From Pristiophorus japonicus (lineage: Eukaryota), in the NCBI RefSeq assembly GCF_044704955.1, contig NC_091997.1, forward strand, positions 62,434,001 through 62,498,000: 64,000 nucleotides of DNA, in the 5' to 3' direction. The translations under genes and the position numbers were made by a program. The notes below the pieces were generated by a model that did not search any database, was not told the DNA's origin, and worked only from the letters and a program-made list of their open reading frames with translations. This document shows positions 12,990-25,848 of the stretch, piece by piece; the first letter of the stretch is position 1; every line of letters starts with the position of its first letter.

Positions 12990-13290
12990 ACATAGGAATA
13001 GGAGGAGGCCATTCAGCCCCTCCAGCCTGCTCCATCATTCTATTAGACCACGGCTGATCTGTATCTCGACTCCATCTACCCACCTATCCCTAAATAACCT
13101 TACACAACAAAAATCTCTCAATCTCGAGCTCCAACTGACCCCCAGAATCCACAGCCTTTTGGGGGACAGACTTTCAGATTTGCACTCCTGAATGGCCTGG
13201 CTGTAATGTTAAGATTGTGGCCCCTTGTTCTGGATTCCTGACCAGAGGAAACAGTTTCTCTCTACCCTATCGAAGCATTTGATTATTTAA
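12990..13290 (-). mobile_element. CR1 LINE 3' fragment, degraded
   Basis: CATAGGAATAGGAGGAGGCCATTCAGCCC tail similar to the other minus-strand CR1 copies in the window. Confidence 0.7.
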
Positions 13291-13769
13291 GTATCATGTA
13301 ATGTCAGGTCGAGCAACTCCAATCCCAGCACCCTGCACTGACCAGGAGTTCCCCCGTGATCTGCTCAGTAACCCTCATTCAAACAACACCAGCAACAACA
13401 GACGGCCAGATCACCTGTCGGGCTGTCAATGTGTCTGTGAGTGAAGACTGGCCCCCCCATTCTATTGTCAGTTACTGCCTCAAGGCTGCATTGCACGGGA
13501 CACACAGCTCTATTTAAGGGTGTGACTGCACGTGGTGTCATTGAAGCCTTTTTGCTTACAAAAGCCTAGCGACTCTGAACAAACGCCAATTTTTGGGGAC
13601 AGCTCATTTCAGTTAATATATTTCAGAACATTAGAAGTCTGTCGGGGTTTAAGTCATCTCAAGGTCTCCATTATACAGGAGAGAAGCTTAGAGCCGACAG
13701 TTTCCGCAGGATCCTCACAGCCTGCTGCTGGGAGCGGCTCATTGCATCAGGGTCACCTCGACAAGTCAG

Positions 13770-14240
13770 CAGCTGCTGCCCCCAGTCCAGCTGCCCCCGG
13801 TCCAGCTGCCCCCAGTCCAGCTGCCCCCGGTCCAGCTGCCCCCGGTCCAGCTGCCCCCGGCTCCCCACATCCCCCCACTCCACCCCTGGCTCCTCGCTCT
13901 CCCACCCCGCTCCCCCCAGCTCTCTCCCCCACCGACTCTCCACGCCCCCCCCTCACCACCAGCTCAACCCCTGCTCCTCTCTCTCCCCCTCCCAACCCCT
14001 GCTTCCCGGATCCCCCACTCTGGTTGATCGCTCTCCCTCCCCTCCCCCCCAGCTCCTCGCTGTCCCGCCGCCCCCCCAGATCTCTCCTCCACCGGCTCTC
14101 CGCTCCCCCGCCCTGCTCCCTCACCACCCAGCCTTGCCCTCTCTCCCACCAGCTTTCCCCTCATTCCCCCCCCCTCCCTGCTCTCCTCCCCCCCACCATC
14201 ATCCCCAGTCCCCTCGCCCTCCTTCCTCGTCCCCCCCCAG
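13770..14240. repeat. 15-bp repeat (GCTGCCCCCRGTCCA, about 6 copies) followed by a C-rich low-complexity tract
   Basis: Read directly from the sequence. Confidence 0.85.
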
Positions 14241-14837
14241 TTACTGAGTGTCAGAAGAATATTTAACCCCAGGAGGCATCAGTCCTGTCAGATCAGGAGC
14301 AGGCACACTGATGGATTCCATCCCCCTGCAGCCTACCTACCCCTGGGTTGAACCAGTGACCTTCCCTTCAAACTCTCAGTTTATCTCAATACTCATTGCA
14401 GTCTAGCCTGACCTTGTAATCATGGATACCACAGAGCTCTGAGCTCGACACTGATCATTAGTGACTCCCTGCTGCATATTACCCGGGTATCACACGGGGC
14501 GGTTAGAGACACTGCAGTCACGCACTGACTCCAGTACCACTTGATGCACGCACTGAGCTGCTCTTCCGATTGTTATTTTCAGAAACTGGCACCAACTGAG
14601 TGATTAATCCTCGACACAATGATACAGTGACAAGAATAATTCCATCTCTTCATTCAGTGGCTGACATGAACAATGAAGACCAGAACCTCCTCTTCCAACA
14701 CAAAGTCTGTGAGCTCCTTCACAGCATAGGTACTGGGACAGGGGAGAGACACACAGTCCATGTATCGCACACGGCACTCACTACAGTTACAGTAAGGTCC
14801 AACACTGGCTGTGAGTGAAACTCTCATGCTGTGAAAT

Positions 14838-15123
14838 AGGTCTGTCACTGTATAACACTGGGGTACAATACTGGTGGGTACAGGTCTGTCTGTATAACTG
14901 GGGTACAGTACTGGTGGGTACAGGTCTGTCACTGTATAACACTGGGGTACAGTACTGGTGGGTACAGGTCTGTCACTGTATAACACTGGGGTACAGTACT
15001 GGTGGGTACAGGTCTGTCTGTATAACTGGGGTACAGTACAGGTGGGTACAGGTCTGTCACTGTATAACACTGGGGTACAGTACTGGTGGGTACAGGTCTG
15101 TCAGTGTATAACACTGGGGTACA
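14838..15123. repeat. ~44-bp minisatellite (satellite C)
   Basis: Unit ACTGGGGTACAGTACTGGTGGGTACAGGTCTGTCACTGTATAAC; reverse-complement copy at about 62720-62820. Confidence 0.92.
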
Positions 15124-17499
15124 AAGATGCAATGGTCAGACGGGTACTCTGGATGGAGAGGGACTGAATGCTGACTGGCCTTTTCTGTCTCTGAATTTCC
15201 TAATCTTCCTGAGACTTCACATTTTGGGTAACGGGAAGATGGAGTATCGGAGGCTTGGTTGTGCTTCATTCTCCGGAAGACAAGCAGTATTTGGAGGAAT
15301 TGTGAAGAAGCTACAGAAGGCACTGCTGCTGTCTCACATCGGAAGCAGCAACACTTTCCCTGCCACCATCCGGGAATGTTCGGCTCTGTGAAGTTTTCCA
15401 GTTCTGTTTGTAAATTATTCACTGTAAAGGGAGCGGCTCTGAATTGTGCCCCCTCGCAGCTCACTGTGTATCTGCTTGCAGCAGATGGCTGGCTTTTCGC
15501 CTCCTCGGAGGTGTGCGGATAACAAACTGCGAGAAGCACGTTGTGGGGATAGTGTCGGAATGAAGGCACAACAGACAGGCGCAGCCTGACGTGCTGCTGA
15601 ACCACACAGACCAGAAGGTGCCAGCCTCAATCCACAGTCTGTGCTGTAAAGGAGTTAGTGTCACAGTGCCTGTGGGCTAGCGAGGAGAGCAAGAACCAGC
15701 CGGGGTTCCTGCTCCCGATCACTGCCCAGTGATCACCAGCCAGTGACCTCCCCCACCCTCTAGGTTGCGGTGAGATGTAGATTGTACCTCCTCCTTGGCA
15801 CTCTCTTCCCGGCAAGTCTCAGAGATAAAGTGTGGCCCACGGGACTCCAACCCAGGGACAGAGAGTGATGTAGACCTGTGGGTCTCTGGGGCCGTGTGTA
15901 CAGCAACTGGTAAAGTCACCAGCACAGTAACCACACAGTAACTAGTAGAGTAACCAGCACAGTAACTAGTAGTAACTACGGGTAACCAGAATATTGAATC
16001 TCTCGGGATTCCTGCCTGGTTATTTTGCTGTCTGTATCTAGGGTCAGTCACTCACTGCCACATGACTTAAATGCAGCCAATGAGAGATCGTCCTGGCACT
16101 CTGGTTTCAGGATGCACTGATCCAGGGCCACAAACCATTTCCTGAACAAACCCTCAGCGCGTATCTAAAGTGGAAGAGTGTGTCTGTGTGGACACGCTGC
16201 AGGCACTTGGGACTGACTGTAGAGGTGGCCCAATGGGAATGGGTCAGCAGTTATAGGGATAGAGAGGGATGCAGATAATCTGACACATGCAACAACATAG
16301 TAGTTCCATAGCCTGGAACTCGGCTCGAGGGGATTAGGAATTACATACAACATTCCGACAGATTAAATGGGTGGATACAGTCGATCATAAAGGAGAGTGT
16401 ACGTGGGCTGTCTCATTACGATCTCGCACCCACGCCCTGTCTCATTGCGATGTCTCCAAGTCCTACTTTTCATGACTCAAGAGTAGAGGTTCTCAGCATT
16501 TAAGAGAGCTACTGGCAGCATTCTCAAACACTCGTGTGCAGTGTAACATGGTCACCTCATCTTATGCCCCGCTATGTATACTGCGCTGTTAACAGCCCAC
16601 AGGCAGCAGCTATAATCACGGAACAGGTCTAGTGCCGAGATTTCTGCATCAGTTCTCTCAGGCACCTGTGAGCATTGGACCTGGCAGAGTGAAGAGTTTC
16701 ATGTTGGAGGCAGCCTCCCTCCAGGTTTGTTGGCTTGTTCCTGTTATTCTGACAGAAACTGTGAGGTATTTTAATTAGAAATAGCCAGCAGGAAATTATT
16801 GCAGAAACGCAGCCGAGTGAAACTCCCGCACTGCCTTCGTAACTCACTGAAGATGAAACGATTGATTGTTTGGACTTGTCATTTGCAGCCTGGTGAGATT
16901 GGCTCAGCGATTGACCATCCGGTGTCACACGGCACACTGCCGAGCCCGGCTGCACAGGCTGGCAGGCCCACTGACCGCACACATTAGAGAATTTTGGTAA
17001 TTAGACGAAGCTACTTGCTAACTCAAACTTAGATTGAAAAACACTGGTTGTGCGGGAGAGGATTACAGAAAGGACACGGATCCTCGAGCTTTGATTAGCC
17101 GATTCAGGGCATCGTCGAAAGCTCCCACCCTCCCCCAGTTTGATGTCCATGGAGACCTGTTCCTGGTCCACGCCCCAGGAACCAGAGATTAACTGTGTCC
17201 CTGAGGAGAGGGAGGGGTGAATGAGTGGCGAGTGAGCCACTGGGCCCCTCACACACCTGTCTGCATCAGTCAGGTGTTTGCAGGACAACATCTTGAACAG
17301 TGGGAACAGCATGCTATAGCGAGAGTTCAAAAAAAAAACAGATTTTCTCATTCGCATCTTCGACATACAAATAGAAACCTGAAAAACTAACAAATAAACT
17401 GACTGCCCAGGTCAGGCCCAGGGCGGTCCTGCTGAGACCCAGCAAAGGTGGCCAAGAAACCAAAAGAAAATGTGAGCAGAAAGGGATTGGTGTGTGAGG

Positions 17500-17825
17500 T
17501 GGACGGGGAGAGTCGGATGAGGGGTCGGAATGGGGGGGGTGGGGGGGAGTCGGACGGAAGAGGGGGGGGGGGGAGTCGGATGGGAAGGGGGGGGCGGGTC
17601 GGACGGGAAGGGGGGGGTCAGACGGGAAGGGGGGGTCAGACGGGAAGGGGGGGGTCGGACGGGAAGGGTGGGGGGTCGGACGGGAAGGGTGGGGGGTCGG
17701 ACGGGAAGGGGAGGTCGGACGGGAAGGGGGAGGGGCAGACGGGAAGGGGGGGGGGCAGACGGGAAGGGTGGGGGGTCAGACGGGAAGGGGAGGTCGGACG
17801 GGAAGGGGGGCGGCAGACGGGGAGT
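17500..17825. repeat. G-rich ~20-bp minisatellite (GTCRGACGGGAAGGG...)
   Basis: Read directly; dense G-tracts with G-quadruplex potential. Confidence 0.9.
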
Positions 17826-18084
17826 TTATATGAAAATTCAAGTCCCCCATGATAACTGTATTACCCGTTACATGTACCTCTAATTTCCTGATTTATATTG
17901 CCCCCAACACTACAACTACTATTAGGGGGCCTATAAACTGCTCCCACCAGTGTTTCCTGCCTTTGTTATTTCCTAGCTCCACCTAAAGTAATTCTACATT
18001 TTGATTTTCCATGGCTAAGATCCTCTCTCTCTCTCTCTCTTTATCCGATCCCTTATCAGGGCTACCCGCTCCTCACCACTTTCC

Positions 18085-18835
18085 CCATCTCGCAACTCTC
18101 CTTCCACCCCCTCTCCCCCCAACTCTTCCCCCTCCAACCCTCACCCCACCTCCCCAAGCCCCTCTCCCCAACTCTTTCTCCCCCTCTCCCCAACTCTTCC
18201 CCCCCCCTCTCCCCAACTCTTTCCCCCCCCCTCTCCCCAACTCTTTCCCCCCTCTCCCCAACTCTTTCCCCCCCTCTCCCCAACTCTTTCCCCCCCTCTC
18301 CCCAACTCTTTCCCCCCCTCTCCCCAACTCTTTCCCCCCCTCTCCCCAACTCTTTCCCCCCCTCTCCCCAACTCTTTCCCCCCCTCTCCCCAACTCTTTC
18401 CCCCCTCTCCCCAACTCTTTCCCCCCCCTCTCCCCAACTCTTCCCCCCCCTCTCCCCAACTCTTCCCCCCCCTCTCCCCAACTCTTCCCCCCCACTCTCT
18501 CCCCAACTCTTCCCCCACCCTCTCCCCAACTCTTCCCCCCCCTCTCCCCAACTCTTCCCCCCACCCTCTCCCCAACTCTTCCCCCCACCCTCTCCCCAAC
18601 TCTTCCCCCCCTCCCCAACTCTTTCCACCCACTCTCCCCAACTCTTCCCCCCCCTCCCCAACTCTTTCCCCCCCTCTCCCCAACTCTTTCCCCCCCCCTT
18701 CTCCCCAACTCTTTCCCCCCCCTCTCCCCAACTCTTTCCCCCCCCCTCTCCCCAACTCTTTCCCCCCCCCTCTCCCCAACTCTTTCCCCTTCCCTCTCCC
18801 CAACCCTCTCCCCAACTCTTTCTCCTCCCCCCCCC
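18085..18835. repeat. C-rich ~22-bp minisatellite (CTCTCCCCAACTCTTTCCCCCC)
   Basis: Read directly; G-rich on the minus strand. Confidence 0.95.
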
Positions 18836-19082
18836 TGTCATGTATGTAACTACAATGTAACACCACTGCATTACTGTATACACTCAACTTAGATGCACAC
18901 CTTGACCACAGGGGGTGAACTTGTGGGAGACACTCCTTACCTGATCACACAGGTATATAAAGGGAGGTCCCACACAGGGTCATCACTTCTGGAGTCCTGT
19001 AATAAAGAGTTAAGGTCACAGAGTGGCCTTGTCCCTGGAATGTGCCTCTTGTGGTTTCATGCTGTAGAGTAAGGACTTTACA
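18836..19082 (+). mobile_element. Solo LTR (247 bp), probably Gypsy-type
   Basis: TGT...ACA termini, CCCC on both flanks (candidate 4-bp TSD), TATATAAA at 18954, AATAAA at 19001. Confidence 0.8.
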
Positions 19083-19849
19083 CCCCTGTCGCCAACACCA
19101 CCATTTTGCTAAAAGTGAAGTATCCTGGAATATTTATTTCCAAACCTTGGTCACTCTATAACCACGTCTCCGCAATGGCTATTAGATTAACCCCATTTAT
19201 TTATGTGATATTAACTCATCTATTTTGTTGTGAATGCTTTGCACACGAGCTGCGATGCAGCAACAACCTGCTGAGCACAAGCCAGGCGTCCGGGACTCAT
19301 CAACCCACCAGATCTGATGATGCACAGAACGCAGCTTTTCTATCTTGTTCTGGCACATTCACCCTGACCGTTTTCCTATCCATCAAGCTTTTAACAGCAA
19401 AACACTTATGTATCCCCAGCCCCCTCCATAGGTGACAGTCAGCCGCTCCCATCCCAGGGGGAAGTCTCTGTAACCATGGGTTACAGCTGCAATGGGGCAC
19501 CGTTACCCCGAACCCACTCCAGCTCTGGCTGCATTAAACACCCACAACCCCGAAACACAGCGCTGGTCTGTAAACACCGACACGTGGGGTTCATAACACT
19601 TCCCACAACCGCTTCCTGGTCGCAATACACTTGCTTCTTTTACGACGGACAAACACATATTCCCCCTCCCACTATCAGTGCCTGTGCCTTTAAAGCTGCA
19701 GCCAAGATGCTGAGACTGTGCAGCCTCTGCACCGGTTCCATTGCACCGATCCTGGCTCTGCACCGGTTCCATTGCACCGACCCGGTCTCTGCACCGGGAG
19801 CATCTCCTATTTTTGCATTTGAGGCCAGCGGTTTGCAGCCCAGGAGAGG

Positions 19850-20220
19850 GAGAGAAGGGCGGCTGCTCCGGGCTGTGAGGTTTGCATGAGTTAGTTTGCA
19901 GCCGGAGGGAGGTGCATTGCCCCCAGGGCCTGGCCTGGGCCGCTTCCCCCTTACCTGTCTGCCCCGCACTCAGCGGCCGGTCCCAGCTTCTGTTCCTTTG
20001 TGTTCCCGGAATCCCCAGTGCATCGGGCCCCTGACCCTGAATACCCAGCGCCCCCATACCCCGCACACTGAATACGGCAAACACGCCGCCACCCGGCAAT
20101 CTGGATACATCACTAATATTTCACATTCAGGTGCTGGGGTGCCTGGCACTTTGCGTGGCTTCGGCGCTAGAACCCCAGACCCTGGATGTGCAGTATCGCC
20201 GAACCCAGGACACTGACTAG
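19850..20220 (-). promoter_or_regulatory. Candidate APBA2 non-coding 5' exon or promoter
   Basis: Locally CpG-rich; strong minus-strand donor CAG|GTAAGG (exon end 19955); APBA2 needs an upstream exon because the 5206 acceptor precedes its ATG. Confidence 0.3.
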
Positions 20221-20809
20221 TTTATTGTCATAAGCCAGAGTTGCAGCGAATGGGACAGAATGTGCTGGGCATTCAGTCAGGGTTAGACCGGGCCACAACT
20301 GGACCTTGCAAATACCCCACAGCAGCTACACTCATTGCAAATAGGATGACAGGCTTTGTGCACAGGTCATTGCAAGGCTGGCTGTGAAGCTGATGGGAAT
20401 GGGGCGGGAAGACCAAGTGTAGTCTTCAGGCAAAGAGGAGTTAAAGGTCAGGGGGCAATAATTGGTCCAGGGGCCCCTTTGCCTTGCACCATCATCCCTT
20501 CTCGCATTTAATCTCACCTGTCTCCACCCTATCACAGGCCATCACTTTTGTTCTTTCTTCCCCCTCCCTGTATCTGCTTAAAAACGAGTACATCTCTAAC
20601 CTTTTCCAGTTCTGACGCAAGGTCATTGACCTGAAACATTAACTTTATTTCTCTCTCCACAGATGCTGAATAGTTCCAGCACCTGCAATACTTTGCTTTT
20701 ATATATTCTTACCTTATTTTCATATAATACTTTGATTTTATATTAATTATGTGGAAATAGAAAAACACAAGGTAATTTGGAAAATAGAATTGGTTGGAAC
20801 AGAGAAGTT

Positions 20810-22195
20810 TCCATGCAGCAAGACCTGAACAACTTTCAGGCTTGGGCTGATAATTGGAAAGTAATATCTGCGCCACGCAAGTGCCAGGCAATGACCATCT
20901 CCAACAAGAGAAATTCTAACCACCGCCCCATGACATTCAATATCATTACCCTCATTAAATCCCCCACCATCAACATCCTGGGGGTCACCATTGACCAGAA
21001 ACTTAACTGGACCCACCACATAAATTCTGTTGCTACAAGAGCAGGTCAGAGGCTGGGTATCTGCAGCAAGTGTCTCACCTCCTGACTCCCCAAAGCCTTT
21101 CCACCATCTACAAGGTACAAGTCAAGAGTGTGATGAAATATTCTCCACTTGTCTGGATGAGTGCAGCTTCAACAACACTCAAGAAGCTCGATACCATCCA
21201 TACCATCCATCTGATTGATTGGCACCCCACCCAGCACCTTAAACATTCACTCCCCCACCACCAACGCACCGTGGCTGCAGTGTGTACCATCTCCTTTCCA
21301 TGGCTACATTAAACACCCACAAACCCCTGAAACACAGCTCTGTGAACACCAACACGTGGGGTTTACAACATTTCCCACAACCTACAAGACACACTGCAGC
21401 AACTCGCCAAGGTTTCTTCGACAGCACCTCCCAAACCCGTGACCTCTACCACCTAGAAGGATAAAGCACATGGGAACACCACCACCTCCAAGTTCCCCTC
21501 CAAGTCACACACCGCCCTGACTTGGAAATATATTAGCTGTTCCTTCATCGTCGCTGGGTCAAAATCCTGGAACTCCCTCCCCAACAGCACTGTGGGAGTA
21601 CCTTCACTTTAAGGACTGCAGCGGTTCAAGAAGGCGGTTCACCACTACCTTTTCAAGGGCAATTAGGGAATGAAAGAAAAAAGAATTGCATTTATATAGC
21701 GCCTTTCATGACCGCCAGACATCCCAAAGCGCTTTACAGCGAATGAAGTACTTTTTGAAGTACTGTTGTAATGTAGGAAATGCAGCAGCCAATTTGCACA
21801 CAGCAAGCTCCCACAAACAGCAATGTGGTAATGACCAGATAATCTGTTTTTTAGTGATGTTTATTGAGGGATAAATATTGGCCAGGATACCAGGGATAAC
21901 TCCCCTGCACTTCTTCAAAATAGTGCCATAGGATCTTTTACGTCCACCTGAGAGGGCAGAAGGGGCCTCGGTTTAACGTCTCATCTGAAAGACGGCACCT
22001 CCGACAGCGCAGCACTCCCTCACCACTGCACTGGAGTGTCAGCCTAGATTTTACATGCACAAGTCCCTGGAGTGGGATTTGAACCCACTGACTCAGAGGT
22101 GAGGGTGCTACCCACAGAGCCACAGCTGAAACAAACGGGCAATAAATACTGGCCTTGCCAGCAACGCCCACATCCCGTGAATGAATTAAAAAATA
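20810..22195 (+). mobile_element. LINE 3' fragment (RT C-terminus plus tail), interrupted by a Deu-SINE
   Basis: QQDLNNFQAWADNW...ILGVTIDQKLNWTHHI RT peptide; tail GGGCAATTAGGGA|...|GGGCAATAAATACTGGCC split by the insertion; same family as 45150-49040. Confidence 0.85.
21670..22130 (-). mobile_element. Near full-length Deu-domain SINE (SacSINE1-like)
   Basis: tRNA-like head with B-box-like GGTTCAAATCCC, Deu domain, and 3' end GCGCTATATAAATGCAA shared with L2 tails. Confidence 0.82.
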
Positions 22196-22714
22196 GTCAA
22201 GGCTGAGGTGCTGGGTGATGCACTACTGAGGTGCAGCAGCGCCATCACTGACAGGAGGGTGTACTTACAGTTTAACTCGTTTACATAGGCAGTCCCCATT
22301 ATAAATATAGACAGGAATTTCTAATGGAAAAAGAGGGTAGGTACTGCACACAAATGTAAGGTTTTAATCAATTCTAGCAGATCAGCTCATGGTAGTAGAA
22401 GCGCATGCTGGTTTACGACATTTGAAGTGTCATCAATATAGTACGGCTGGAAAAGTGTTACAGGAAATAAGTGCAATGCTCAAAGGAAGTGTGCACTACA
22501 CACGAGACTGTTAATATATTGCAGAGCTAGAAATTGAATTTGGTGATACGGCTAAGCTGTGTGATCATTATTGTGTGAATGTTAGCAGGATATTGGAGTG
22601 CAGAGGAACATCCCAGCCAAGTGACCAATATCTGCACATGTGCATTCTCCACTCCAGCAGTGATCAGCACCGAAAATCCTGGCTGATTTTCTCCCCTCCT
22701 TATACAATGGCCAT

Positions 22715-22885
22715 ACAACAACATCTTGCATTTATATAGCACTTTTAACTTAGTAAAATGGTCCAATGCGCTTCACAGGAGCATTATCAGACAAAATTTG
22801 ACACCGAGTCACATAAGGAGATATTAGAACAGGTGACCAAAAGCTTGGTCAAAGAGATAGGTTTGAAGGAGACTGTCTCAACATG
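22715..22885 (-). mobile_element. L2-like LINE 3' end fragment
   Basis: Plus-strand TTGCATTTATATAGCAC tail similar to the Deu-SINE 3' end. Confidence 0.55.
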
Positions 22886-24277
22886 GGTGGGGGTGGGGTG
22901 TGGGTAGGGGAAGTGTGTCAAGAAGGGAGGGGGGGAATTGTCTCGGGAATGCAGTGATGATGGCAGCAGGAACAAGGGACATCTTGGAATTCTAGGAATT
23001 TGTGGTGACTGGAAAGCAGGAATGGCTGCACTGAAATCATTCATCGTCCTGCACAGTCAGAGATTTACTGGGCTCTCAGCTACCAGACACAAGACTGACA
23101 TCCTCCCTATTCCCAGATCAGTTATCGTCCATAACTACTGCTCGTTGAGAGGAGCTAAACTCATCACACACAGCAGTCCGAAACATCTCAAGCAGTGCAA
23201 GGCAGCAGCACAGGGAACAGACCCAGGGTGCAATTGGATTTAATCTGTTAGAATACCAGCAGAATGAAATTCCAGACTACCGTCCTTTGAATCGTCCCAT
23301 AATAATTCAATTATCCTGTAATAATTCACAGAACTTAAAAAAGTCTAAAAAGCACTGAGTGACTAAGTCAGTTATGAGCTGAAGTTGATCTCAAGTGCTG
23401 GAAGAGTCTGTGATATCTGTGGATTAAGGGATTCCCGTTATCAAGAACCCTGGAATAATAGGTCTCCATCCTCTCATAAATCAAATCGATTGCTGTCTGT
23501 CAGCAACCAAAATGAATAGGAGAAGGTCAGATACATGATGATGAAGTCCTCTCTCATATTATTTGTTTGGGTTGTGATTTTGTAACCTCATTGACAGTGT
23601 TTAACAACCAGCGATTTAAATGACCCAGTGAGAGGCATCCTAGAAAGAGTTTGGGCAGAGCGTGTCCATTGTCTGTCAGCGAGATTTTTTTTGCATGCAA
23701 ACTGGAAATTTATTAGAGACAGATCAGGCAAAGGTCAGCGTTTAACACAAAGGAAGATCCGGCAATACTTTGAGTAAAGGTCTGGATTCCAGGTTGCTTG
23801 TAATATAAGTTCTGTCTCAGCTCTTACTTTGACTGATACATAATAGCTATATAATCGAACTCTCTTTTCCTCTTCCTCTTATGTAGGCCACTATACATTA
23901 AGGGGGTTATGACAATCAGGACAATAGTCACATTGCTCTTTCTCCCTTTCACCAGAGATTTAAACATCCCTCTCGTAGCCTAACTCTCCCATTGAACCCC
24001 GTCCCTTCTGTATCCCAACACTTCCAACCCTCTCGTACTCTAACTCTCTCACTGGAGCCCATCCTAAGTTCAGGTCTCTTCCAGTTTCATCATTAGGTAT
24101 TTCAACACAATTCATGAAGTACGTGTGTTGCCAATGTATCATTTATGTGAGCAGTGCTTGTCTGCATTAAATTCTTGATTAGAATGTGGAACTTGCTACT
24201 ACATAGAATAGTTGAGGCGAATAGCATTTATGCCTTTAAGGGGAAGCTAGATAAGTATATGAGGGAGAATGGAATAC

Positions 24278-24845
24278 AACATAAGAAATGAGAGCAGGAG
24301 TAGGCCATTTGGCCCCTCAAACCTGCTCCGCCATTCAATAAGATCATGGCTGATCTTCTAACTCAACTCTATTTTCCTAAATCCCTTGATTCCATTAATA
24401 TCCAAAAATCTAGCGATCCCGGTCTTAAATATACTCAATGAATGAGCCTTCACAGCCCTCTGGGGTAGAGAATTCAAAAGATTCACCACCCTCTGAGTGA
24501 AGAAATTTCTCCTCAGCTCAGTCCCAAATGGCTGACCTCTGATTCTGAGACTGTGACCCCTGGTTCTAGACTCCCCAGCCAGGAGAAACATTCTCCCTGC
24601 ATCTACCCTGTCAAACCCTGTAAGAATTCTGTATGTTTCAATGAGATCATCGCTCATTCTTCTAAACTCTAGAGAATATAGGCGTAGTCCACTCAATCTC
24701 TCCTCATAGAACAAGCCCCTCCATCGCAGCAATCAGTCTGGTGAACCTTCGTTGCACTCCCTCAATGGCAAGTATATACTTCCTTAGGTAAGGAGAACAA
24801 AACTATACACAATACTCCAGGTGTGGTCTCACCAGGGCCCTATAT
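24278..24845 (-). mobile_element. CR1 LINE 3' fragment
   Basis: ORF 24358..24732 LYSLEFRRMSDDLIETYRIL...RRNFFTQRVVNLLNSLP. Confidence 0.9.
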
Positions 24846-25539
24846 AAGGAAACATTGATAGAGTTAGATGAACTCAGTGGGCGGAGGCTCGTGTGGAGCA
24901 TATTGTGCCGGCATGGACCGTTTCTGTGGTGTAAATTGAATGCAAACATTTCATTTGCCTTTGATCTGTGTACTTAAATATTATGTCCAACTCATTCTGT
25001 AATTTCTCAACAGTTTTCTCCAATTTCACTGCACCTCCTGGTTTCATATCATCTCCAAATTTGACCAATTTCCATTGGGTTTCTGAATCACTCATTGTTG
25101 TAAATTAGAAACAGCAGTTATCCCCTCAGTACTCCTTCCCATCACAATATAACTCCTCTGTTTTACACCTTCCAGCCAGTTTATTATCCATACACCAGAC
25201 TCTCACAGCTTTGAGCTTAACTAATAGTTATTTTGGGGGGAATTTTTGGAAGACTAGGTGCAAAACATTGTCAGGCTTACCACAGTCTACCTGGGGTGTC
25301 ACCTCCTCAGAGAGTGAAGCTCTTCTCCTGAATCGATGCTGACTGTTGTTTATGAGGCGGATTATTGATAATCAGTTCCATTATTTGACAAGGGATTGGG
25401 GTATATTTAATGGGACTCGCATCGCTTTTACTGAAGGGTTCCACCCCACAACCTCTTCTCCTCAGAGTCTGGCAGCTGCTGTTGCTATGATTACCCGCGA
25501 ACCCCTGACTGAAGGGCTTCACCTTCCCAAGTACTGGAG

Positions 25540-25788
25540 GCCCGGGACCCCCTCCCCCGGGGGTCAGCCCCGGGACCCCCTCCCCCGGGGATCAGCCCCG
25601 GGACCCCCTCCCCCGGGGATCTCTAGGCCTCTGGTGTCCGGGGACTGGGCGGGTTGCGGCCGCGCGGCGGGAAGCCGGCGTCAATGACGGGGGAAGATTG
25701 TGCGGCGGACTCGGGGCCGGAACCTTGTGCGGCGGAGCCGATATTCCGGGGGCCGGCTCGCGGTGACTCCAGGCGGGAAGATGGCGGC
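25540..25788 (+). promoter_or_regulatory. MPHOSPH10 CpG-island promoter with a GC box and a YY1-type motif (AAGATGGCGGC) over the start codon
   Basis: CpG-dense; GGGCGG near 25647; AAGATGGCGGC at 25778-25788; 28-bp repeat x3 at 25540-25620. Confidence 0.7.
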
Positions 25789-25848
25789 GCTCGGCGGCTG
25801 CGCGCGGCGGCTGGAGATAGCGGCGGGAAGGCCCGAGCTCCTGCTCAG
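25781..25848 (+). CDS. MPHOSPH10: MPHOSPH10 (U3 snoRNP protein MPP10) exon 1
   Basis: MAALGGCARRLEIAAGRPELLL resembles the recalled human N-terminus (ATGRPECFL); donor AG|GTAATC, phase 2. Confidence 0.88.

Larger units (their letters stand above)
17860..19215 (-). mobile_element. Degraded CR1 endonuclease-domain fragment, interrupted by a C-rich minisatellite and a solo LTR
   Basis: 17860-18080 and 19100-19215 resemble the APE region of the CR1 at about 39330-39700 (GGGGGCCTATAAACT; ACCACGTCTCCGCAATGGCT). Confidence 0.65.

Noticed and set aside
13532-14266. 244-aa Pro/Ala-rich ORF
   Set aside because: Low-complexity and 15-bp repeat sequence with no recognisable domain or splice context
15057-17393. 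Several 60-180-aa ORFs examined as possible MCEE or novel exons
   Set aside because: No recognisable motifs; consistent with chance ORFs
18011-18892. 293-aa extensin-like Pro-rich ORF and Gly-rich antisense ORFs
   Set aside because: Translation of a C-rich minisatellite
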